Virus record (IMG/VR): IMGVR_UViG_3300035210_000102
Coordinates: 28,354-92,353 of that record
Length of the DNA stretch: 64,000 bases
Source: a virus
Taxonomy: Duplodnaviria > Heunggongvirae > Uroviricota > Caudoviricetes
Reading direction: 5' to 3' (one strand)
The notes beneath the pieces are model-generated. The model ran no database searches. It worked only from the letters and a program-made list of their open reading frames with translations, and was not told the origin of the DNA. Below, piece after piece: positions 47,397 to 59,300 of the stretch (the first letter of the stretch is position 1; each line of letters begins with the position of its first letter). A program made the translations under genes and the position numbers.

Positions 47397-50300
47397 TGAC
47401 TGACAACCAAGGTTACGGCGCGCAACTCAACGCGCTTGTCAGCGACGAAGAAGCGCCTCCGATTACGGCGCAAGAGCTGCTCGGCGATCAAACCTATCAG
47501 GCCGTAAAGCTTTGGCAGCAAGACCAAGAACAGCGGTCGCTCCAGCAAGCAATTCAAGGGTCGGCGGATAATGCTGCGCGTTCGCAGCAGAACTTCGCCA
47601 TGCCCGAGCATCACACGCTGCGCGAGCCGCACGAGCGCCCGGTCACCGTGCCGAGCCCATTTGGCATGCCGGGCTCCCCGAACATTGAGCGCAATACGGC
47701 AGGACCCGTGCGCGCCCAGCCGGCCGAGACCGGAACACCAATCACGCCGCCCTCGGCCGAACAGACGGCTGGCGGGTCCGTTGAGGCAACGAAGGGCCTC
47801 GAGGAGCGGCAGAAAAAGGGCGAGCAGCTCGCCGCGCAAGCCGCTTCCGCAAAGCAGCAATTCGACAAAGCCACCAAAGAGCTCGAGTATTTCGATCGCC
47901 AAGCCGCGGCGCAAATGCAAGCCGAGGAGACTGGCGCGCAGCCGACGCAAGACTTGAACGCTATGCGCGCCAACATTGAAAACCGCGTGCGCAATGCGTG
48001 GGCGTTGTACGCCTCGGCCGAGCACGAGCAGGCGCAACACGAATATGCCGCCGCGCATACCGGCAAACCCATGCCGATGCCCTGGACGGCTGCGCTGCAG
48101 GGCCTTGTCGTCGGCAGCGTGAAAAAGCCCCAACAAACCTTGGAAGCGTTGCGGCATCAAAGGCCGACACCGATCGAGGAAAGCCCGGCCGCTCAGCCAA
48201 TAGAACTCGGCTGGCCCTCGCTGTCGGGCATTTCAAAGGGCTTCTATGGATTGGGCGAAAGCGCCCCCGAAATGGGCGGCGGCATCTTTGGCGCTATGCT
48301 CGGAAGCGAGTACGGCCCGCTCGGAACACTCGCAGGAACCGCCGGCGGCGCGGCTTTTGTCAACAGGCTTAAGTCGTTCGGCTCGTTCTATGAGCAACGC
48401 CTAAACGAAACGCCCGACAACCCGGACGCCGCCTATGTGAAGGCGATGGCCGACGCGCAGACATCTTCGCTATTCACCGGCGCGGGCTGGGCGCTCTTTG
48501 CTGCCAAGCCGTTCCAGAGCGAAATCCGCAATGCCCTGATGCAATCTTTCGGCGTGCAACCGAGCGTCGCGGTTATGGAGCGGATGACCAATAACATTCG
48601 CGACAACAAGCCGCTTTCAGAGGGGACGCAAGAAGCCTACACGCAGGGCGTGTTCGGCGTTGCTCCGCTTATGCTGGGCCACGTCGCCATAAACCGCATA
48701 ACCGGCCACACACCGACCCAAGGCACGGACGGGCGCGGCGCCGCGCGGCCAACTGTCGAAATGGCCTACCCTGGCGCCGGCCTGCAAACGATGGAAGCCG
48801 GCGTTACCACGCCCGAGCTGAAAGCCCCCGCCGAACCGCAGGCAATCGCGCCAAGTGCAAACGCGCAAGCCAGGGAAGGCGACGGCGGCCCGACGCTGCC
48901 GACAACTCCCGAAGCGCAGGCGGTATCTGCCGGCAACGAAAAGCTGAAAGCCGGGATTGAGGGATGGCAAAAACCGGCGGACGCCACGGAAGCCGCAGCG
49001 CCCGTAGAAGCACCGGCCGCGCCGGCAGAAGTCAGCACGGGTACGGAATGGCGTGACATCGCGAAGGCAGGCGAGCCGGGCGTAAAGCTTCCGGAAGCGC
49101 CAGCCACGGCGCCGGCCTCCCCTTTCGACGCGCTCTATAATAAAGCCGTCGACCTCGTTCGCACCGATAACAGGCCGAGCGCCAACTACCTGCAACGCAA
49201 GATGGGGCTTGGCTATATTCCGGCGTCCGAGCTTATGGCGCGCATGGAAAAGGAAGGCGTCGTAAGCTCGCCGCATCCAACGACCGGGCGCCGCCTTGTT
49301 CTCCCGCCAAAAGTGCAGGAACCTGTCGCACAACCTGAACAGCCGCAGACGGCCCCGGCGCCGATCGCGGCCGAGGCGGCGCCTGTCGCCATGCCGATCT
49401 ATTCCGGCCCTGCATCTGGCTTTTCGAATGTCGACATCTCGCGCGTCGGTGACCGCATTGTCGTCAAGGGCACTGACACCAGCGGCCGGCCGTTTACGCA
49501 AAGCTTCAACGAACAAGACTGGACCGGCGGGAACACCGGACAGGCAAAATGGGAACGGCTCACAAGCGCGCAGCTAAAGGAAACGCCCGAACAGATTATG
49601 GCGAAAGGCGCCGCCCAGTTTCAGAACTCAGCCAAAAACTACCCACCAGTAAAGCTGGCGGGCATATATCGAGGTCTTCGCCAGCATATCGCTAATGTCG
49701 AGCTCACCGTGAATGACCCGGTAGAGCGCGCCCGCCAAGCCGGAACGGGCATGATCGAACACCTCGAGGAGCAACTTGCCAGTATGAAGGGCTGGGTTGG
49801 TGCTTACGAGGCACGCGAAGCAATTTCCCCTACCCTCAAGCGCCTGCCCTCCGCAATTCCGCAGTCGGAGCTTCCGCCCGCATACAGGAACCCGCCGAGA
49901 CAGGCGTGGCTGCGCCCCGAAAGAGCGCCAGAGCCTTACGAGCACAACTACGCTTTCGGCCCCGACGATGAACCCTGGCGGCGCACCGACGCGCCGTACT
50001 ATAGCGGCATTCCCGACACGGCCGATATCCGCGGTGGGCCGAAATATCGAAACATCGCCGAAAACCCGAATGCCGAGCCCGGCCGACCCGACCTCGAGCG
50101 CGTATTCGGTTGGAATACAGTCGCCGAAAATCCGAAAGCAGAGCCGGGCGGGCCAAGCCTTGTCAGGCCTCACCGCTGGAATACCATCGCGGAAAACCCG
50201 AACGCAGAGCCCGGCAGTCCCGAAGTCAAAGGTAAGCCCGGCCTTTCCGAGCGCATAAGGGACGCCCTTGTCGGCGCGGCTAAGCGCCTGAAGGAGATGG

Positions 50301-53300
50301 CGACCGGAAAGACGGAAGCACACGAAGACCCGGTTGCCGAGGCGATCGCGACTTCGCTGCATGAAGACGGGCAAACGCCCGAGCAAATAAAGGGAAAGTT
50401 GGATGAGCTCGAGCAGCACATTACCGCCGGGGCTGAAGAAGAAAAGCCACAGCAGCAGCCAGGGGATGGCAGTGGGGCGGCAGAAACACACGAAGCCGGG
50501 AGCGGGAGCAATGCACCCACAACACCTGAAAGCAGTGGCGAACGGCCTACGGAAGATGTCGAACAACACCCCAGCGATGCAGGAGCAGGCGAACAAGCTG
50601 GACCAGATGGCGCAGGAGCAGGAGCAGGCGAACCAAAACCCGCAGCCGAGCTCACCGATGCCGAACGAAACGCCTTCGACGCCATCCTTGCCAGCCGCGC
50701 CAAGCAATCCGAATGGGGATCAAAGCTCGGAGTCTCTGCTGACGATCTAAAGCGCTATATCGAGGACGCGGTTCGCCGCGGCAAACTGCGCGAGGCCGAC
50801 CGCAACGGCATCTATCGCCGCACGCCGAAAGGGAAGGAAAAGCCGGCCGAGACGCAGGTGCCACAAACGCCGGCCGACATCGCCGACCTGATGGCTGACA
50901 ACGTCTTGCCCGCGGTCCCGGTTGATGAAGCGGGATGGAAAGCACTCATTCCGCAGCTTGTTGACCGCTACACAAAGGCCGCCTACTCGGTTGAGCAGGG
51001 GCAATCCGACGCTGCCTACGCACGCACTATGATGGGCGAGATGTATTATTTCCACCGCGGCGCAACGGAAACGGGCGCCACGGAAGCCGCGAATACATTG
51101 ACGGTCATAGGTCAGCGACTGTATCAGGCGATGGAAGCCGCCGAACGTCGCGAAGCGCTTGATGGCCCGCTTGATGAAAGGCCGCCAGAGAAGCCAGCCG
51201 AGCAGCCGCCGGCGCCGGCACCTCAAGACGAAACGCCGCCGGCCGACCTACACGAGCGCTTTGTTGCGCATGTGAAGGCGCGGCTGATCGCGGGCGAACG
51301 CCCCTTCAAGAATATCATTGAGGCGCGGCAGCTCGCGAAAGCCCTCGGTCTCGAATTCCCGGAAAACACATCCGCCAACAAACAGGTCGACGAGCTCGTT
51401 GAACGCGCCGTTGTCGAGGCCGCCCGCGTTGTGGTTGAGCACGGCCGGGCCGAGGGCGCGCCGTCCGATGAAATATATGAACGCATGGTCAAGCTGTACG
51501 ACAATCAGCCAAACCTTGCCACGCGCACCGGCAAAAGCATTTCTGAGCAAGCGTACTCTACGCCGGCGCCGCTCGCGTATGTCGCCAGTCGCCTTGCAGG
51601 TATTGACGCCAACACGCGCGTGCTTGAGCCAACAGCAGGCAACGGCATGCTTCTCATGGAAGCAACGCCGAAGCATGCGCGCGTCAACGAGATCGATGCC
51701 ACGCGAGCGAAGGCGCTCGAGGCGCAGGGCTTCCAGGTCACCAAGTGGGATGCAACCGAAGCACAAACCTTTGCGGGCACCACTGGCAAGTATGACGTCG
51801 TAATCACCAACCCGCCCTTCGGCGCGGTGAAAGTTGGCGGCAAGTCCAAGGTGTTCAAGGCGCCCGGGCTCAATACAACGAACATTGACCATGCGATTGC
51901 ATTGAATGCGCTGCAAAGCATGAAGAGCGATGGCCGGGCCGTGCTAATCGTGGGTGGCGTAAAGGCCGACAGCCCGGCAGAACGTGCCGCGGGCTACGGC
52001 AGCGCCAAGCGCAAATTTTGGAATCAGCTGCTGACCAAATATAAGGTTGCCGACGTTTTCACCGTCGATGGCGACCTCTATGCAAAACAAGGTGCGGGCT
52101 GGCCTGTCGATGTTATTGTTATCCATGGCAAGGGCAGGACGGAAGGTTTCAAGCCGCTAACGCTGGAAGCACCGCCGCTCCTGAAGTCATGGGAAGAGGT
52201 AGGAGAAAGACTTCGTGGAACAGAAAAACAAGAAACCCCTGTCGGACCAGGACTACATGGAGACAGTGGCGGCAAGGGCCCTGAAACTCCTGGAGGAGAG
52301 CCCGCAACCGATGGACCTAATGCGCTGGGCGGATCGTCGTCTGGTGGCGGAGGGGCTGGAGAACGGCAGCCCGGCGGAAAAGACGCCGGAGGCGTGGGTG
52401 GACCACGTGATATCCCAGAACCTGAATCTCCGGGACAACCTCCATTGGGTGAGAAGCCGGGGGAGTCAGCCGGAGAAAGCGGAGACGTTCGAGGACCTGA
52501 TAACGGCCTTCATCCCAACGGAGGGGGGCCTGTAGAAGAACGGCCGACTGAAAAGCCGCCAGAGCGGCCGGCGGATTACGGCTCTAAGAATACGCTTATC
52601 ACAAAGGAACGCGCGGACGCTGTTCGCGAGCGCTTGCGGCAGAAGCTTCGCGAGTCCGGTTCACAGCTAAACGCCGGTATTGACCCGGAATTTGTGCAGC
52701 TCGGGACCGAACTTGCCGTGTTCCACATCGAGGCCGGAGTTCGGAAATTCGCCGACTTTGTCGCGGCAATGACGCAAGACCTTGGCGCCAAGGTTGCTGA
52801 CCTGAAGCCCTACCTGCGTTCCTGGTATAACGGCGCGCGGGACATGATCGAGGATCATGGACTTGACACCGAGGGGCTCGAACACCCCGATGTTGTGCGC
52901 ACCGAACTGGATCGGCTGATCGCCGAAGAGGTCGCGCCAAAAAAAAACCAGGCGCCCCCACCGCGCGAAAAACTCGCCATCAACGAAGGCGACACACAAA
53001 CCCCTTACATGCCTGTCTCTAAGGTCAAAGACAGGTTGGGCACATTGCTGCCCGCCAATTTGCACAACGCGACAAATGAAGCGCTCGACCGTATTCAGCG
53101 CGAGCACGGCAGCATCGATCACTATGTTGCCAATGGGCTCGGCCGAGACCCGATGGAACTTGGCAAATGGTTCGCGCAAGAGCAGGTCGACGCTATCGCC
53201 CTGGCAATGGACAACCTCGAAAGGGGCGGCTCGCTAATCCTCGGTGATCAAACCGGCATCGGCAAAGGGCGTGTCGTTGCGGCGATGATCACCTACGCCC

Positions 53301-56300
53301 GCAAGCGTGGCCTTGTCCCCGTCTTTGTAACCGAAAAGGCCGACTTGTACGGCGACATGTGGCGCGACCTGCACGACATCGAATGGGATAAGCAGCTCGG
53401 CCGTCCCATCGAAATGATGATGACAAACTCAGAGATCAAGGTTCCTCTCGATGAGGCGGCGGTGGCGTGGACCCTAGAGCGCGACGAGGCAAAGGCTGAA
53501 GGCATGCCGCTGCCCCCGCGTTTCGGGCAATTCTCCCCTTCCCAAACCCTCGACATGTCGCGCGACAACATGATGGCGCTTCGGCGCGGCGAGTCGAGCC
53601 CTGACGTCGTGTTCACGACCTACAGCCAAATGCAGAGCACCAAGGGGCAGGAGAACGATCGCCGGGCCTTCTTGCTCGACATCGCTCCTGCGGCATTCCT
53701 CATAATGGATGAAGCCCATAACGCCGGCGGCGGAGCGAGCGCTAACGAAAGGGGCACGCCGAAAGGCAAGGCGCCCCCAGCATCAGAGCTGTTCCGCGAG
53801 GCCGTCAATCGCGCCTCGGCGGTCATGTATTCATCGGCGACTTACGCCAAGTCTCCCAACGTCATGACGCTGTACTCGCGCACCGACATGGCAAAGGCGG
53901 TCGAGAAGGTCGACCAGTTGCCGGGCCTGATCGCTCGCGGCGGCGTGCCGTTGCAACAAATCGTTGCCTCGATGCTGGCGAAAGCCGGGCAGTACTTGCG
54001 CCGCGAGCGTTCCTTTGAGGGCGTCGAGTACAAGCAACAGACAGTGCCCGTCAAAGAAGAGGCCTACCAGGAATTCACGCACGGCGTCAGCGGCATCTTC
54101 CGGTTCGATCTTGGTTTTGCAAAAGAGCGCAAGGAAATCGCGAAGAAGATGGCCGCGGCCGAGTTTGGCGGCACAGCAAACGACAACGCGATCGGCGAAC
54201 CGTCCGCGTCTTCCACTTCGTTCTCATCGCTCATGCACAACGTCGTCAATCAGATGGTTGTCGCTATGAAGGTTGAGCAGGCGGGCGATGCGGCGATCGA
54301 GGCGCTGAAGCGCGGCGAAAAGCCGGTCCTCACCCTGTCACGCACGAACCTGTCTTTCATCAAGCAGTTCCGCGAAGAGCAGGGCTACGAGATGGGGCAT
54401 GCGCTGCCTATCGGCTTTGCGGACATCCTACACCGCTACCTCGAACGCACGCGGCGTGTGACGCTCAAGTCTGCCGCCGGCGAAAAAGTGCACAAAATGA
54501 TTGCGCTGGAGGACATGTCTCCTCGGGCGAGGGCGCGCTACAACGAAGTCGCTCAACTCCTCCGCGAGGTCGAGCTCGGCGACCTGCCTATTTCGCCGAT
54601 CGATGCGATCCGGAACAAGATCACACAGGCCGGCTATAGCGTGCGCGAGATCACCGGGCGCAGTGAGATGCTGGATTATTCAGCACGCGAGGAAACGGAA
54701 GATAGCCTCATCGGCCAGGGCTTTGTCTTCGAAGAGCCTGGGAAATGGAGGGACCTGCCGAACCAGCCGAAAAATCAAAATGAGTGGCTGATAGCGACCG
54801 AAAGCGGCTCGGTTATGGCGCATGCTGCAACAAAAGAAGCAGCAATCGCGGCCTACAATAAGAAGTACGCCAACACAGACCCGATCGTGGTCAACCGCCC
54901 GGCAGGCGAACAGGGCGCGCAGGGCAAGGCGGTCACCAAGCAGATGTTCAATGACGGCAGCCTGGACGCCATCATTCTGAACAGCTCAGGCTCGACCGGC
55001 ATATCGCTGCACTCCTATTCGAAGTTCAAGGACCAGCGCCGCCGGCACATGATCATTGTCGAGCCGGATGCGAATATCGACACGCACATGCAAACGCTCG
55101 GCCGTGTACATCGTACCGGGCAAGTCATTCCGCCGATCTACACGCATTTGACGGCCGACATCCCGGCCGAGGTGCGGCCAACAGCTGTGCTTATGCGCAA
55201 GATGGCGTCGCTGAATGCCAACACGACAGGCGCGACCAAGTCGCATGTGTCGGGCGAGGCGGTCGACTTCCTGAACAAATACGGCGATCAGGTCGTTTTG
55301 GAAGCCCTTATCGAAGACCGCGAAATTGCGGATCAGCTTGGCGTCGACCCCGAAGGCGACTTCGAAGGCCTTGCCGCCAAAGCGACCGGCCGCTTAACGT
55401 TGCTTTCGCCAAAAGATCAGAAGACGTTTCTTGATGACATCTCGCAACGCTATACGCGGTTGATTGCGGCTCTCGACGCCACTGGCGCGAACGACCTCGA
55501 GGCGAAGTATCTCAATTTGCAAACACGCATTCTTGAATCGCAGGAGCTGAAGCCGGCAACCGGCGATTCCCCCTTCCAGGAAGCGGTCAAGCTCGACAAA
55601 GTTTCGATCAAATCGCAAGGCCGCGCAATGGCGCCCAGCGAAGTTGTTGAGCGCATCGAGAAGGCGACCAAGAGTAAGGCCGGCGGCGATGGTTTCGCCC
55701 TTGACATGGCGATGCTGCAGAACAAAGGGCGGGACGTTCAGAACAAGCTTGCGCAGGATGTCGACGTCAAAATCGACATGCAAATCCAGGCTATCCGCAA
55801 GGCGATGAAAGACCCGGAAGCGGCACAACGCGCGGTGGACAAGATCCTCGTTGATAAGCGCAAGTGGCGCATGCTGGCGAGCATCGTGTATCCCGGTGCC
55901 CGAGTCGATCTTCACCTTGAAGGGGAAACTGTTCCGGCGATCGCTATCGGATTAGAGCAAACCAAAAACGCCAAAAACCCCATCGCGCTGTCGACCTGGA
56001 CAGCACTATTCGCACTCCCTGACAGCCGTCGCACGCTGGGTGTGCCGCTGTCGAAGCTGGAAGAAGGCGAAGTGATTGTCGATGTCGGCGGGGAAAACAG
56101 CAAAGACATCCATGTCACCCACGGCAAGACTAGCTTTGCTAATCTCGAGGGGATGTTCGAAGCGGCCCGCAAAGAAGGGCGGGAAACCCGCTACATGCTG
56201 TCGGGCAACATTTTGGCTGGCTTCAGCGAGACGCAAGGCGCCGGCCAAATTGTGATGCACTCGCTCGAGGACGGCACGGTGCAGCCCGGCATCTTGATGG

Positions 56301-59300
56301 CACGCCAGTTCAAGCCCAAGGATTTTCTCGAGAACCGCGCCGTGCGTTTTGCAAGCGGGCGGCATGTGCTCGACTTCTTCAAGGAGTCGACAGCCGGTGA
56401 AGTGGTCTCAAGCGACAAGATCGTCACCATCCGACGCGAACCGCAACGGTGGGGGCCGCCGAACTTCGAATTCGAGATGCCCCCTGCCCGCGGTGTCGGC
56501 GGAAAGTATTTCGGCGATCAGCGCGTGCGTGACATCTACGACAATTGGCAGCGAAGCCACGGCAAGATGCGGGCAACCGTGGACGCCGCGATGGCCGAAA
56601 ACCTCATCGACGCCATGCGCGACATCGGCGCGAGCTTCGAAACGCGCACGGAACAGAACCTTGCGAACAGCTCCCGCCCGGCCGAGAAGCCCGTGGCGTC
56701 CTTTGGTGCCGGCGGGCCCGACATTGCGGCAGCCGGCGGCAGGCAGATGATCGACCCGCACACGGGCATTGATGATGTAAAGGAGCTGCTGGCTGCGGGC
56801 CGGACCGCGGTTGTGCACCCCGAAATGACAGCGGCGGTGCACGATGTTCTCACTCGCATGAAAAACGAGATTCCGGCGGAGATGCAGGCCGGCGCGCTGG
56901 TCGCAATCGACCCGATCGGCAAGACGCGGGCTCGGCTGCGCTTCACATCACCGGACGGCGGGAAGTTCTCAGTTGTTGTTGAGTCTCGTTTTGCGGCTAG
57001 TTACCGTGCCCTCTTTGATAGAACGTCCAATTTCGTCTTGGGCATCCTTCATGCTCATGGGGCCGATGGGAGCGCCTCCGAAAGCATCTCGGAAACTCTG
57101 GCCGGACGGGTCAGGCATGAGATCGTTCACTTTCTGAGAGACACCGGGCGCTTTTCCGCGGGTGAGTGGAACCGGCTTGTTGATCATGCGAATAAACTCC
57201 ATCCTTTGGATTGGTCGGCGAAAGCTTGGCTTACGGCATTGCGCGATCCACTTGCAGAACACGCGCGGCATGACGAAAGTCACCGTGATTGGTACGAAGA
57301 TTATTATAAGCACCTCTCGCCCGAGGAGCTACAGAAAAAGCTTGACGAAGAGCAAGTGGCCCATAGCGCTGAATTCTTGTCAACTCTGCTTGACATGGAC
57401 GAGAACGATCCTTTCCGCCAAGAATACTTGCCGCATTTCGACGATGTCATGGACATCTACGGCAAGCTTTTCTCCGGAGAGCTCGCGCGGCGCCTGCCGG
57501 AAGACGTGGCCGACCATAATTCAGAACCCGGCGAGCTGCCCTCCCCTGCCCTCGCTGGCGGTCCGGCCGGCGCCTACACGCTGTCGGCACTCAACGACAA
57601 AAACTCGCCGGAATTCTCCGAACTGCGTAAGGCGCTCGCCGGCGCCCGACGCCTGTTGAGCCTGACGGAAACGTCCGGCAAGCGCGTCGGCGCGGCCAAA
57701 GATAGCTACGCCTATCAGCTCGCCGACACGTTGTCGCTTATTGCTGAGAAAGGCGCGGACGCCCTTGACGCAAAGATGGGCCCCGAGTTTACGGCGCTGA
57801 AAGAGTTGCACCGCGACGAGCTCGAGCTGCTCGCCCCGAGCGGTTCCGCGGACCCCTTGCAAGATGGCTTCCACGCATTCATGCGGTCCTATATCGAGGA
57901 GTCCGACGCCCTACAGAAGGCGGTTCCGGAATTTTTCGAAGCTTTCGAACATCACGTCGAGCATGAAGCTCCGAAACTTTTGGAAAATTTGCAAAAGATA
58001 CAAGAGGCCCTCGGCGTCGGCGGCACGCATCACCTATTAACCTCCGTTCTGTCGGACCCGCACTTCAGTGGAACATTCGGCGTGGATCGCGCCGAGCTGT
58101 TTGACCGGCTTGGTAGGGCGGCCGACGCCTACAAAACCGCGAATGACGGCTACGAGAACGTCAAGGCCGACGTGACAGCGGCAAACGACTATCTGAAGGG
58201 GCTGCCGGCCGACCAGCGGAGCTATGTGCTCTTCAATACCGACCGACACGTCATGCAGGCGCACCCCGTCATCCGCGCGAACAAGATCGCCAACATCATT
58301 CACCAACTCGCGAACGCCCTCAACCTGGGGCAACTGCGCGACACATCGCAGGGGCGCACCGCGCCTTACATCCAGCTTCCGCCGGAACGCGCAAAGGAGG
58401 TCTACAACCTGCTTCTGCAGCATGCGGGCGTCGAGCTGCACAACGCCATGTATGCGGCCGGGCATCCGGGATACAGCGGCGCCGGCAAGGTCAACCCGCG
58501 CGTCACATTGGCGGACCTGAAAGAAGCGTCACCGGCGGTGCGTGCCGAGCTCGATCGCCGGCTGAAGCGTGCCAACATCCAGAAGCCACTCGTGGTTGAT
58601 CGGTTTTACCCGCTCCTCGCCAAGCATATTGAGCATACATGGCAAAGCGCCGCAGCGTCCGATCAATTATTTCGCGCGCAGTTCCGGCCGAGCCGTTGGC
58701 AGCGGATTTGGAAGGCGCCCGCGGGCTTTGTCCAGACCCCGAACCAAGGATTCCAGCCACCGCAGACGCCCGCCGGTGGCGCGTATGGCCCGGCAGGCGT
58801 ACCGAAGAAGCCGAGCCATTTGGCCGCCAAGATCGCCGAGTCTTTCAAGCGCACGATGGCGCCGGAAAGCATTTCGGAAGATGCGCTGAAGGCTGGGCCG
58901 CGCTTCAAGGAATTCAATTCGCTCACGCAGCAAGGCAAAGACGCGTTCGTCAAGCTGTTCGATAACTACCACAAGGCCTGGAACCGCATCTCGGATGCCG
59001 ACCAAATCCGCTGGCTCGGCAACTTCGAGCGCGGCACATGGGACAATATGAACCCATGGGAGCGCGAGTTCGCCGACCTTGTGAAGCCGTTGATGGACTG
59101 GGCCTACGACACCGAAAGGGACTACGGTTCCAAGGCGGCCTATCGCGAGAACTATCTCGCCCACATGTGGGAGCTGGGCGATCGCGTGACCGAACATTTC
59201 AACTCGGTCGCCACACAAAACCGGCTCGGCCCCACTTGGTTTCAGAAAGCCCGCGTGTTCGACTTTGTCGATGAAGGGCTGGCGGCCGGCTACAAACTAA

